A stretch of DNA of 64,000 nt from the IMG/VR virus record IMGVR_UViG_3300037067_004188; one strand, written 5' to 3'. Of the stretch, positions 49,770-59,163 are shown piece after piece (position 1 is the stretch's first letter; each line of letters opens with the position of its first letter). Below the pieces are notes generated by a model. That model saw nothing but the letters and a program-made list of their open reading frames with translations, ran no database searches and was not told the DNA's origin. The position numbers and the translations under genes were made by a program. This DNA comes from an uncultured virus (IMG/VR IMGVR_UViG_3300037067_004188) (taxonomy: Duplodnaviria > Heunggongvirae > Uroviricota > Caudoviricetes).

Positions 49770-50157
49770 TGACTTTACCTATAATTTCTTTTGCCCTAGC
49801 CAAAACCTTTAATACCTCTTCAAATATATATTCCTGATAATAGGCAAAAGCCTCTTCGGTTGCCTCTATAATCTCTAACCCTATTTCATCAAAACATCCT
49901 TTTGCGCAATGAAAGACCTCATGGTTTATTACCCCATAATCCTTAATGGTGAATTTAATATCTTGTATCCATAAATAATGTTTAATCCATGTTTTGGGTT
50001 TAATAACTTCTAAATGTTCTCCAATAGAAAAAGATTTATCGCTAAATGTATAATTATATTTCTTTTCTATATAGCGATAAAACTCGTCCTGTTTACAACC
50101 ACTTATAAGAGTTATATCGCAATTATAAATAGGGTCTTTGATTTTAAGTTTTTGCAT
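49759..50157 (-). CDS. Hypothetical protein with HEXXH motif
   Basis: HEVFH...EEAFAYY. Confidence 0.55.
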   Translation of the reverse strand: MQKLKIKDPIYNCDITLISGCKQDEFYRYIEKKYNYTFSDKSFSIGEHLEVIKPKTWIKHYLWIQDIKFTIKDYGVINHEVFHCAKGCFDEIGLEIIEATEEAFAYYQEYIFEEVLKVLARAKEIIGKVNDE

Positions 50158-50160
50158 ATC

Positions 50161-50802
50161 CTACCCCAAACTGTTTTGAATTTCCTCGTCTGTTTCTGCC
50201 TCAGTGTCAATAGGTTGACCTTTCCATTGCGATCTACGCCAATTATCTAAATATTGAATAGCTTTTGCTTTTGCGGCATTTATATTCTGAAACGTAGCCC
50301 CGCCTTTCATACCAAGAAGGGCAATATACATCTCACTACGCAACTCTTCTGCCAAAAAAGAATCCCCATGACTTAGACTTTTAGCAAACTCAGCAATCTC
50401 TTTATCGCAATTCCTGATAAGTTCGGATATGGTGTCTTTTTGCGTTGGTTCTCTATCTAGTCTAGTCTTTAGGTGCAGGACTAGATTATCTGATGTTATA
50501 AGACCTCTTACCTCTTTATCTAATAAGAATTCCAGACTATTAAGTAATGTCGCCCTCTTCAATTCAGATTGTTTTGCCCCTTGACATGCTTGCAGGTGTT
50601 CCCTTAATTCATCTATGGGTATTTTAATAGTTTCCTCTTCAGCGTTCCATATTTTGTTATGCGATATATACTCCTCTGGAATGTCGCCAATAGGAACATC
50701 CAGAAAATGCCTTCCGATAACATGGATAGCACATTCGTCATGGACTCTCCAAGCACAATTACTCATGCAGTCACGTTTCTGTATAGGACACATTTTATCC
50801 AT
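50161..50802 (-). CDS. Hypothetical protein with sigma region-2-like C-terminus
   Basis: AKSLSHGDSFLAEELRSEMYIAL..A..YLDNWRR. Confidence 0.4.
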   Translation of the reverse strand: MDKMCPIQKRDCMSNCAWRVHDECAIHVIGRHFLDVPIGDIPEEYISHNKIWNAEEETIKIPIDELREHLQACQGAKQSELKRATLLNSLEFLLDKEVRGLITSDNLVLHLKTRLDREPTQKDTISELIRNCDKEIAEFAKSLSHGDSFLAEELRSEMYIALLGMKGGATFQNINAAKAKAIQYLDNWRRSQWKGQPIDTEAETDEEIQNSLG

Positions 50803-51085
50803 CTAATTCCACCTCCTTTATTGCCAGACACACGCCAGTAAGATGGTAGTTTGTCACCAAGATACTCTGTGTTGGCTTGATGGTGATTGATTCTATCTGG
50901 TATGTGCCTGATTCTACCTTGTAGAGCAATGCAATAGACATCCCCTCATTAGACAAAGTAACCTTTCCTGTGGATACGTTACTGTCATCAACGGTAAAGT
51001 CAGGGAATTCTTTTTCGCATTTCTCTTTGAAAAACTGATCTGCCATTTCTTTGTATTTTCTACTTGCCATTTTCCTTCCTCTCAA
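50795..51085 (-). CDS. Hypothetical protein
   Basis: ORF in the operon direction. Confidence 0.45.
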   Translation of the reverse strand: MRGRKMASRKYKEMADQFFKEKCEKEFPDFTVDDSNVSTGKVTLSNEGMSIALLYKVESGTYQIESITIKPTQSILVTNYHLTGVCLAIKEVELDG

Positions 51086-51257
51086 TATAAGCCTCTAGGT
51101 CAGACTCTTTTATCCTGATAATACCCCGCCCTAATCCGATTCTTACACATGGAAGTAAACCAGCACTTATGATTTTATAAACATGCTGATAATCAAGTTT
51201 TAATCTTGACGCCACCTGTTTTACTGTTAATAATCTATCTTTTTTCTGTCTAACCAT
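51060..51257 (-). CDS. Excisionase-family HTH DNA-binding protein
   Basis: LLTVKQVASRL...VYKII..G.LP..RIG...IRIKESDL. Confidence 0.85.
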   Translation of the reverse strand: MVRQKKDRLLTVKQVASRLKLDYQHVYKIISAGLLPCVRIGLGRGIIRIKESDLEAYIERKENGK

Positions 51258-51277
51258 ACGAATCCTCCTTTTTAATT

Positions 51278-51360
51278 ATATTATCACAATCGTTTCCTAA
51301 TGTCAAGAGAAAAATTGTATAAATATTTTTCTTGACATTCTCATAGAAAAGATTTATACT
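51278..51360. promoter_or_regulatory. Divergent sigma70-like promoters
   Basis: Minus: TTGACA(51306-51301)-17-TAATAT; plus: TTGACA(51332)-17-TATACT. Confidence 0.7.
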
Positions 51361-51393
51361 CTTACTTGACCAGATCAAACTTAAAAATAGGAA

Positions 51394-51467
51394 GCAGATG
51401 AGGTAAGCTCTTATCTGCGTCAGCGGGTATTCTGTGAACCCGCTGACACCTTATCACAGAGAGGGAG
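51394..51467 (+). promoter_or_regulatory. Structured 5' leader of the initiator gene (compact copy)
   Basis: GTCAGCGGGT/ACCCGCTGAC stem, loop TCTGTGA complementary to TCACAGA after a CCTTA linker, then the SD. Confidence 0.65.
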
Positions 51468-51473
51468 TATGAA

Positions 51474-52364
51474 TTGATAAATGATACTTTTAATCCAAAA
51501 TTTAAAAAACTCGGCTCAACAGCACAGGCGTTATGGCTTTTCTATCTGATATTGAAGGATCATGAAACACAAGAACTTTATTATGGTATTGATCTTCTGG
51601 TAGAAATGACCGGGCATAGCACTCATACAATAATAAATGCGAATAACGAACTCGAAGCATCCGGGGTTATATCATCTGTTAAGTCACACCGTAAGACAAC
51701 AATCTATATAGTAAAAGAAAAAGTAAAATTATCTAATGGAGAAACATCATTCTCTTTGGTTTCCAAAATTGCAACCAAGAATGATTCCTTAGTTGCAGAA
51801 ACTGCAACTAATAGGTTTCCAAAACTGCAACCATTGGTTGCAGTTTCTGCAACCCAATCTATTGATCTATCTAATGATCTTATCAAATTATCTTCATCTT
51901 CTTCTATTAGTACAGATCCATATAATGGTGAAGCAAAAAAAGTTTTGAAAAAAGACAAAGAAGATTTGGAAGCACAAAAGCAAAAAGCAGAATCCATCCT
52001 AAAACCGATATTTAGCAAGTTATGGGATATGAATGGCTTTATCCCTGAATATTTACAGGAAATAGGAAAGTATGATGATGACCAAATACGAGAAGTTGCG
52101 CTTTTTGCTAAAAGTGAAAAGATTGCCGCTAAAAGACTTGGAAGATACATAGCAAATGGATTAAAACATTTTCCAACTCTTTATAGAAGAAATACTATAT
52201 CAACTGGGCGCGCGACCCCGAATGAATGGATACCACCAGAAATCATAGAGGAAAATCTTAATCCTGAATACAAACAAAAAATGATTGATCTATTGAAAAA
52301 TTCTATTGGTAAAGATGTATCTGCTGAATTGGCATTGTTGAAAAAGGAGTATGGATATGAATGA
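51474..52364 (+). CDS. Phage replication initiator (lambda O-like architecture)
   Basis: N-terminal wHTH, internal iterons, directly upstream of dnaB. Confidence 0.8.
   Translation: MINDTFNPKFKKLGSTAQALWLFYLILKDHETQELYYGIDLLVEMTGHSTHTIINANNELEASGVISSVKSHRKTTIYIVKEKVKLSNGETSFSLVSKIATKNDSLVAETATNRFPKLQPLVAVSATQSIDLSNDLIKLSSSSSISTDPYNGEAKKVLKKDKEDLEAQKQKAESILKPIFSKLWDMNGFIPEYLQEIGKYDDDQIREVALFAKSEKIAAKRLGRYIANGLKHFPTLYRRNTISTGRATPNEWIPPEIIEENLNPEYKQKMIDLLKNSIGKDVSAELALLKKEYGYE
51758..51854. repeat. Probable replication origin: four 19-bp iterons
   Basis: ggtttccaaaattgcaacc 51758, agttgcagaaactgcaact 51791, ggtttccaaaactgcaacc 51814, ggttgcagtttctgcaacc 51836. Confidence 0.8.
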
Positions 52365-53694
52365 TATTCAGATTGATAGAGTTGCGCCGCATAACCTAGA
52401 AGCAGAGGAGTGGTTATTAAGTGCCTGTATAGCATATCAGGATTCCTTAGCGAATATGTCAGAAGTAATCGAAATCATTGAGCCTGATGATTTTTACAAG
52501 GAAACCCATTCATTAATTTTTTCCGCCATGCTCGATATATATGGCAAAAATATCCCAATGGACCCTCTTATACTTTGCGAAGAATTAGAAAAATCTAATA
52601 CATTAGAAAAGATTGGCGGTATGCAATATCTTGAGTATTTGGCTGAGATTTATGTAACCCCTGCAAGTACAGTTCATTATGCAAAAATCATTAAAAATGA
52701 TTCCAATAGAAGAAAACTTATATCCTCATCCCATAAAATTTTTAATGACGCTTTTGATAACGATATAGAAACAGATGTTTTGCTCGATAAAGCAGAGAAT
52801 TCAATACTGGGTATCAAAGATTCTGGCGTTAAACAATTCGTTCATGCCAAAACATTAATCATGGGAACGATAGAAGCCATTACAAAAGCATATACAAGCA
52901 AAACGGAAGTTTCTGGACTCCCAACAGGATTCATAGACCTAGATAGACTTACCACAGGTCTATATCCAGGTGACTATGTTGTCGTAGCTGGTAGAACATC
53001 TATGGGGAAGTCTGTTCTTGTCAAGGATATTGCCATGAATCTTGCCTTTAAGGAACATATACCCGTTGGGTTCTTTACTCTGGAAACCTCAAAAGAGCAG
53101 TTAATGTTCAGGATTATGTCGTCATTGAGTGGTATAAGTGGATTTATGATGAAAACTGGAAATATGACAGAGAAAGAATATTCCAACGTTATTAGAGTTG
53201 CAAATACCGTTTATGAAAGTAACCTCTATATTGACGATTCTTCTGGATTAACGGATATGGAGTTACGTTCAAGAATACGCAGAATGAAATATCAACATGG
53301 TATAGAATTGGTTATCGTAGATTATATCTCACAACTAAGAAGTCATAGAAAAACAGAAAGTCGTCAACAGGAAATATCTGAAATATCTAATTCTATGAAG
53401 TGCATTGCAAAGGATTTTAAGATACCAATTATCGTTGTCGTTCAAATTAATAGGGGTCCAGAAGGGAGAGCAGATAAACGACCCATGTTATCAGATTTAA
53501 GGGAGTCGGGAAGTATAGAGCAGGACGCAGACACCGTATGCCTTATCTATCGAGATTCCTATTACAACAAGGATAATCCTGATAATACCACCGAGATAAT
53601 ATTGGCAAAACAGCGAAACGGACCCACAGGAACAATCAAATTATATTTTGACGAGAAATGCACGAAGTTCAGCAATTTGGAGAAACAAAGATGA
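52351..53694 (+). CDS. dnaB: Replicative DNA helicase
   Basis: PHNLEAE, GLPTGFIDLD, AGRTSMGKS, IVDYI, LSDLRESGSIEQDAD, KQRNGPTG. Confidence 0.97.
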   Translation: MDMNDIQIDRVAPHNLEAEEWLLSACIAYQDSLANMSEVIEIIEPDDFYKETHSLIFSAMLDIYGKNIPMDPLILCEELEKSNTLEKIGGMQYLEYLAEIYVTPASTVHYAKIIKNDSNRRKLISSSHKIFNDAFDNDIETDVLLDKAENSILGIKDSGVKQFVHAKTLIMGTIEAITKAYTSKTEVSGLPTGFIDLDRLTTGLYPGDYVVVAGRTSMGKSVLVKDIAMNLAFKEHIPVGFFTLETSKEQLMFRIMSSLSGISGFMMKTGNMTEKEYSNVIRVANTVYESNLYIDDSSGLTDMELRSRIRRMKYQHGIELVIVDYISQLRSHRKTESRQQEISEISNSMKCIAKDFKIPIIVVVQINRGPEGRADKRPMLSDLRESGSIEQDADTVCLIYRDSYYNKDNPDNTTEIILAKQRNGPTGTIKLYFDEKCTKFSNLEKQR

Positions 53695-53811
53695 CAAAAA
53701 CCTATCGGACATTGCGATTTATAGTCTGTAAATCTGGGTTATTCAAATCTATAACCCAGGCAATGATTCTAACGTGGCTACGGAAGCATAATATTTGATC
53801 TGAAAGGCAAT

Positions 53812-54324
53812 ATGGAAATCCTATGTGTTGATGGCATTAAAAGAGACTTTGATGAAACCAGAAATATCGGGTTCTACTGCGTAAACTGTAAAAAATATCA
53901 CATCTATAAGCCACAGGAGCATACTTGCGAATTGACCTATAAGACTCTTGCTACTGGAGGCAAAGATCGCTATGGGCATTATTTCAACTTTACCGGGCAT
54001 GAGGGTCATGGGTGCTTTTGGTGTGGCAAGAAGCTGAATAAGGCTAATAAACGGTATTGCAATCAGGAATGCTCCCATGAATATTTAAGGCATTTCTACT
54101 GGAGTGCGGCACGTTATTGGTGTTTGGAGCGTTATGGTAATAAATGTCAGGGATGCGGTTCTAAGGATGATCTTGAAGTTCACCATATTGACCCCGTGGG
54201 TAAGGATGGCTATGGATGGCATACCAAGAACCGTCCAGAGAATCTTATACCGTTATGTGTAAAGTGTCATGGTGAGACCAGAAGGAAAGTAGAATATAAG
54301 CCAGAACAATTGGCTTTATTCTAA
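53812..54324 (+). CDS. HNH endonuclease
   Basis: CQGCG...LEVHHI...N...NLIPLCVKCH. Confidence 0.88.
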   Translation: MEILCVDGIKRDFDETRNIGFYCVNCKKYHIYKPQEHTCELTYKTLATGGKDRYGHYFNFTGHEGHGCFWCGKKLNKANKRYCNQECSHEYLRHFYWSAARYWCLERYGNKCQGCGSKDDLEVHHIDPVGKDGYGWHTKNRPENLIPLCVKCHGETRRKVEYKPEQLALF

Positions 54325-54336
54325 AAGGAGATTGAA

Positions 54337-54768
54337 ATGTCACTAGAAAAGATTTGCGTTAGTTTAGAGATGGCGGAAAGGTTGCATGAAGCGGGAATCA
54401 TGATTGAATCGGTATTTAGTTGGGTAAAAATATCATGGGATACTGGTTGTATGGAAAACTTTGAATTAATGTCGTGTAATGATCTTATTCCATACCAACT
54501 AGAAGAAGGATATAAAATAGAATCTTATCCAGCACCGGCTGCTGAGGAGATTGAATTGCCATCCCATATAACTACCTATCAATGCGGTTGTGAGGATTGT
54601 AAGGGGCAATATCAATGCTTTAATATCATTATACGGCATACTACGACAAATCCAAAGATGTCTGAGGCTAGAGCAGAAATGTTGCTCTGGCTAACAGAGA
54701 ACGGATATTTGAAAGGAGATAGGAATGAACCAAAATCACATACCAAAGAAAGCGAAAAAAGAATATAA
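54337..54768 (+). CDS. Hypothetical phage protein
   Basis: GGAG SD; SLEMAERL.EAG..YPAP..EEI..LP..ARAEMLLWL. Confidence 0.55.
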   Translation: MSLEKICVSLEMAERLHEAGIMIESVFSWVKISWDTGCMENFELMSCNDLIPYQLEEGYKIESYPAPAAEEIELPSHITTYQCGCEDCKGQYQCFNIIIRHTTTNPKMSEARAEMLLWLTENGYLKGDRNEPKSHTKESEKRI

Positions 54769-54989
54769 ATGCGAAACATGCGGTAAAATAATAAAAAAGG
54801 GCGATTATTATTATTTTCTTAGATATTATTTTTATAATCATCGTATATGTAAAACTTGCGCTGAAGGGAGATAGAAATGTCACTAGAAATGATATGCGTT
54901 AGTTTGGAGACTGCTGAGAATCTGGTTTCTGAGATATTTTGGCAATGGATAGACGAAAAGGGCTTGTTTAGATTAATGGAGGTTACACA

Positions 54990-55595
54990 ATGAGAGAAGT
55001 TAAAGAAAGCGATAAGCTAGCAGAAACTTTGGTAGTAAGAGATACTTTTGAAATCTCAGCTAAGTCAATTCAAGAGTTCGATGCTCTGATGATTGAGATT
55101 CAGAAGAAGCAAGAACAGTTCCCACAGTTCAGCATGGATATTACTTGCGAATGGGAAACGATGGACACCGGGCTGGTGGTTGATGGTACGGACAAGCGTA
55201 CCATAAAGGCTAAAAAATTGCAACCAGATAAATGGGCGCCCTTCATGAATCGTATCAGGAAGGCAGAGGAAGAAATCTTGACATATCTCAATGCAGGCAA
55301 AGAAGAAGATCAGGAAAAAACGATTCCTGTCTTTTCCTGCAATGTCAAACTTCGTATTGAGAAAAAGGACAAAGAGGCACAGAAGGCACTTGAGGACGCA
55401 GACCAGCTTTATCTTTTCACGCCTTATAAGGCAGTAAGGGATATGGATGACAAAGAGCGGAAGGAATTCATTGAGCAGAATAATGGTCTTTTCCAGAGAC
55501 TTATGCCTGATGGTGAAAATATCAGCAAGGTGACATTTACACACATCAAAGAGGATGGGTCAAAAGGTAATGAGGTTGTGTTAAACGCAAAATGA
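54990..55595 (+). CDS. Hypothetical protein
   Basis: GGAGG SD, 201 aa. Confidence 0.55.
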   Translation: MREVKESDKLAETLVVRDTFEISAKSIQEFDALMIEIQKKQEQFPQFSMDITCEWETMDTGLVVDGTDKRTIKAKKLQPDKWAPFMNRIRKAEEEILTYLNAGKEEDQEKTIPVFSCNVKLRIEKKDKEAQKALEDADQLYLFTPYKAVRDMDDKERKEFIEQNNGLFQRLMPDGENISKVTFTHIKEDGSKGNEVVLNAK

Positions 55596-55712
55596 AATTA
55601 TATTTCGAGAGGGGATGATGCCATGAGATAATCTAAGTGCAGGTTTAAGATTTATCGAGAATACTCTTCGGCGACCATTGCAAACAACAATACTCAGCAA
55701 TGGTCGCCTATC

Positions 55713-56006
55713 CTACTCCTTTCTGGTAATCACCACGCTGGTTATTTGTCCATAGCTAATTATATTAATATTACCATTACTGTTATAACATGATATTAAC
55801 CACTTGGTTAGCCTTGCTACCCTCATGCCATTGACCAGTACCTTATTGCCATTCTCTAGTTCCTTCTGGATCAAATCCCTAACCTTTTCTTGATTGATCG
55901 TCAGAGAATTCCTTAACCTCTTCATCTCTCCAAGTATACTCACAAACCTATTGTTGATATGCTCATAACTGTCCTCTGGTAACTTCTCATTTTCAATGTA
56001 AGTCAT
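55713..56006 (-). CDS. Hypothetical protein
   Basis: AGGAG SD. Confidence 0.5.
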   Translation of the reverse strand: MTYIENEKLPEDSYEHINNRFVSILGEMKRLRNSLTINQEKVRDLIQKELENGNKVLVNGMRVARLTKWLISCYNSNGNINIISYGQITSVVITRKE

Positions 56007-56016
56007 AATACTCCTT

Positions 56017-57486
56017 TCACCATAACTCAGGCTGATACACCGTTGACGCTATACGTCTCTCTGCCATCTTCACGTAGTCGGCATTGCTGTCTATCAGAAC
56101 GTAATGCCTGCCCATTGCCTTTGCCTGAACTGCCGTACTTCCCGATCCCCCGAATGGATCCAATATTACTCCTACATGATAAGTCGGATTTTCACAATCA
56201 CAAGTCGTCAATCCATTATTAACGTATTCGTAAGAATCAATATAGGGTGTGCTATTTTGTCCTATTGATGATTTCTTTGAACCACCGCCAGCACAAACTT
56301 TATCCCCACACCCATAAATTTTCTCTCTTGGTAAACCACAGGTATCGCATATCTGAAAGGGAACACTGGTATCAATTACCCTTTCGGCTAAATCAGTACA
56401 GAATACTGCGAAGTGACTATCATGTAATCCCCTGGTGGAAATAGACCACACTGCTCTGCAATTTCGCATAGGATTATTAGTATTTCTGACTTTCTCTGCA
56501 TACCTTCGTTGTTTCTCTATGGAATATCCAGCGTGTATGCTAGTTGCCTTTTCGGAATTAAATTCATTATTTGCTCTGATAATACTGGAATCCTGTTGTG
56601 GCTCGAATTGCTGATTGAAGTAATAATCTCTGCCTTGCCAATTAGACTTCTTCTTCTTACCTGTATTGCCACAAACTCTACATCCCGCTCCTTGACACTG
56701 ACGACAATCATCCCAATCCCAATCTATACCCTCTATGCCCTTTATACCCAATGGCTTTTTGGAAACCATCCGCTTCGTCTTGGTATTCTTCCACCAAAGA
56801 GTCTTACTATTTTTACAGACAAAAAAGATAGGCTCATAATCTATGGTAAAACGGTCAGTAGCACTCTCAGGGCAGGCGTTAGGCTTCTGCCACACAATTT
56901 TATTGCGAACTATCCAGCCAGCGTCTATCATGGCTAATTCTAACCTTGCAGGTATGCCTATCAACGATTTGGCATTGACACCCATGACGTTCCTTGCCCT
57001 GCCACACTGTATGCCATTCTTGCCATTATACTTGTTCTTATCAAATGTTTGGTTGCCCTTCGAGGCATGTGAGTCATCTATATTTATCCATAAACTGCCC
57101 GATGGCTTTAATACCCGCATACATTCTGTGAATACTTGCATGAGATGCGCTATATACAAATCTGGATGAGATTCTTGACCCAAGTTTCCTTTCCATGCCC
57201 CACATTTAGAACAACTTTCTTGATTTTGACGGGATATGGAAAATATGTCTTTATTTCGATTATTTCCAGTATTAGCACCAAGACCACGATAACGAAGATT
57301 GTCTATATCAGCAACTATGTTTTGCCATTCATGGCAGCAGGAATTATCCCCATCCCATACAATCGGCTCAATGCCATAGTCCCTTGCGAAGTAATATGGG
57401 GGCGAGGTGAATACGCTGTCAAAATAACCATCTGGAAAGCCACCTAAAATGTCCAATGCGTGTCCTTGATACACACTGTCTACCAT
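56017..57486 (-). CDS. Beta-class N4-C/N6-A DNA methyltransferase with Cys-rich insertions
   Basis: TSPPY near the N-terminus, HFAVF, LDPFGGSGST near the C-terminus. Confidence 0.92.
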   Translation of the reverse strand: MVDSVYQGHALDILGGFPDGYFDSVFTSPPYYFARDYGIEPIVWDGDNSCCHEWQNIVADIDNLRYRGLGANTGNNRNKDIFSISRQNQESCSKCGAWKGNLGQESHPDLYIAHLMQVFTECMRVLKPSGSLWINIDDSHASKGNQTFDKNKYNGKNGIQCGRARNVMGVNAKSLIGIPARLELAMIDAGWIVRNKIVWQKPNACPESATDRFTIDYEPIFFVCKNSKTLWWKNTKTKRMVSKKPLGIKGIEGIDWDWDDCRQCQGAGCRVCGNTGKKKKSNWQGRDYYFNQQFEPQQDSSIIRANNEFNSEKATSIHAGYSIEKQRRYAEKVRNTNNPMRNCRAVWSISTRGLHDSHFAVFCTDLAERVIDTSVPFQICDTCGLPREKIYGCGDKVCAGGGSKKSSIGQNSTPYIDSYEYVNNGLTTCDCENPTYHVGVILDPFGGSGSTAVQAKAMGRHYVLIDSNADYVKMAERRIASTVYQPELW

Positions 57487-57495
57487 GTTATCTCC

Positions 57496-57738
57496 TTAAC
57501 GTCCTGTTATTAACTGCTTCTCACAAGCACCCAACGCTTCTCTGTTGGATTTTAACCATTTTAGATTCTGACGGTTGACCTCCTTGTGGGTCAAGTCAGA
57601 ACTTACGTCAATAGTTCTTTCTACTAACTCGATATATTTGGCAATACCACCCTCTTTTCGTATTTCATGCAGAAAATTGATAAAACGAATAACCTCACAA
57701 TAATTCTTCAAAACTTTTTCAATATCAAATTTTTCCAT
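57496..57738 (-). CDS. Hypothetical protein
   Basis: GGAGG SD. Confidence 0.5.
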   Translation of the reverse strand: MEKFDIEKVLKNYCEVIRFINFLHEIRKEGGIAKYIELVERTIDVSSDLTHKEVNRQNLKWLKSNREALGACEKQLITGR

Positions 57739-57756
57739 GATAACCTCCTGTTGACT

Positions 57757-58440
57757 TTATTGTTCATCTGGAATCAATAATTTGTCTATTCTATCACGAT
57801 CTTGCTTGAAAATCACTTCATAATCCTTTGACCAAGTCCCATCCTGTTTGGATATAAACGTACCATTCTTCCAACGTGATTCTAAATCTGCCCAATTTAC
57901 ACCTTTCTGATGTAACATCTCGTGTATATCAGGAGTCTGCTTATTCTTCATCTGTTTCGCAGAATAATAAACTCTTGCTAACATTTGTAAAGAATTTCGT
58001 ATCCAATCCGTCTGCCTCCAGATAAAATAATTGCATACCTCCTCCCTGGGTATATTAAATACCCTAGAATCAAAATATGCACGCTTGCCAAATTTCTCGG
58101 TAAATGACACTGAACATACTGAACTGGAAATGGACACCATCTTCTGAATATTATAATCAAACCATGCGTCAGTATTGAACTTCTCATAATCAATTATCAA
58201 AATACTGATCTCATCCGATTGAATATAGGCACATTTAGACCCCTGGACTTCTTTCATTACCTCCAAAGAGGCAAAGTGCATACAATCATTCAGGTTTTTA
58301 TCAAATGGCTTTTCACAGCCCCTAGTCAATGTATGAAACGCCTTGCCATCCAATCGTAGTATAACTGGCGTTCTTCGCATTAAGGACGACTGCGACCTGA
58401 TCTCATAATTATCCTTCATCCTGTCCGATAATGATACCAT
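57757..58440 (-). CDS. tRNA(His) guanylyltransferase-like 3'-5' polymerase (Thg1/TLP)
   Basis: RLDGKAFH, QSDEIS, FDSR, YFIWRQ.D..RNS; probable start MVSLSDRMK. Confidence 0.92.
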   Translation of the reverse strand: MVSLSDRMKDNYEIRSQSSLMRRTPVILRLDGKAFHTLTRGCEKPFDKNLNDCMHFASLEVMKEVQGSKCAYIQSDEISILIIDYEKFNTDAWFDYNIQKMVSISSSVCSVSFTEKFGKRAYFDSRVFNIPREEVCNYFIWRQTDWIRNSLQMLARVYYSAKQMKNKQTPDIHEMLHQKGVNWADLESRWKNGTFISKQDGTWSKDYEVIFKQDRDRIDKLLIPDEQ

Positions 58441-58460
58441 TTTCACTCTAACCTCCTTTA

Positions 58461-58673
58461 TTAACAAATAACACTGCCATTCTTTTTTATGATCTCTAAG
58501 TCCTTTGGCGGTATCCAATCATACCGACCATCATCGGTCTTGATAATATACCACCCCACAGGCGCATTTAAGGTGCATAATATCAGATTATCGGAAGGTT
58601 TTACCTCCCAAAACTTCTTAATATCACTCCAATTATTACCAGTATAAAGTAAATAGTCTACCATTTTTGCCAT
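58461..58673 (-). CDS. Hypothetical phage protein
   Basis: YTGNNW..A.VGWYIIK motif. Confidence 0.5.
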   Translation of the reverse strand: MAKMVDYLLYTGNNWSDIKKFWEVKPSDNLILCTLNAPVGWYIIKTDDGRYDWIPPKDLEIIKKNGSVIC

Positions 58674-58685
58674 GATATTCCTTTG

Positions 58686-58713
58686 TTGACTTTATCAACA
58701 ACTGTGGTATAAT
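58686..58713 (+). promoter_or_regulatory. Sigma70-like promoter for cassette 3
   Basis: TTGACT-16-TATAAT with extended -10 TG. Confidence 0.65.
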
Positions 58714-58753
58714 ATATCCGAGACATAAAGCTAATGTCTCACCTCAACTAATT

Positions 58754-58825
58754 GTATGGTGACTGGGTAGGGATAACCTCCGATACGAGAATCCAGTTGC
58801 CATACTTCCTTATCTCGTAAAGGAG
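58754..58825 (+). promoter_or_regulatory. Structured 5' leader, copy 3
   Basis: GTATGGTGACTGGGT/ATCCAGTTGCCATAC stem, loop TACGAGA complementary to TCTCGTA after CCTTA, then AAGGAG. Confidence 0.65.
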
Positions 58826-58829
58826 ACCT

Positions 58830-59138
58830 ATGAAACAGATATACTATAAAACCCCTTCACACCTCATTCATACCGAAGAATATCAAAAATTATCTATACC
58901 ATCTAAACTACTACTAAACCACAGCCTGCAATTCTATTATAAAAGCACATTTACATATCCATACTCTACCATTATGAAAGAAACTGGATTCTGCAAATCT
59001 GTAACCAAAGACTCAATTACTGAACTACTCAAAGAAAAATATTGGTTTCTCGTCTCGGCGGGATCCAGAGGAATCTCTGCTGTATATCGCCATAACCGAG
59101 CACTTTTAGAACCTAATTATGACCAAATACCGTTCTAA
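58830..59138 (+). CDS. Stand-alone winged-HTH protein, cassette 3
   Basis: YYKTPSHLIHTEEYQKLS.PSKLL..FTYPYSTIMKETGFCKSVTKDSITELLKE; aligns by eye with the cassette 1/2 proteins. Confidence 0.7.
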   Translation: MKQIYYKTPSHLIHTEEYQKLSIPSKLLLNHSLQFYYKSTFTYPYSTIMKETGFCKSVTKDSITELLKEKYWFLVSAGSRGISAVYRHNRALLEPNYDQIPF

Positions 59139-59163
59139 TTTTAGAAAAATACTATGCCCAAAA

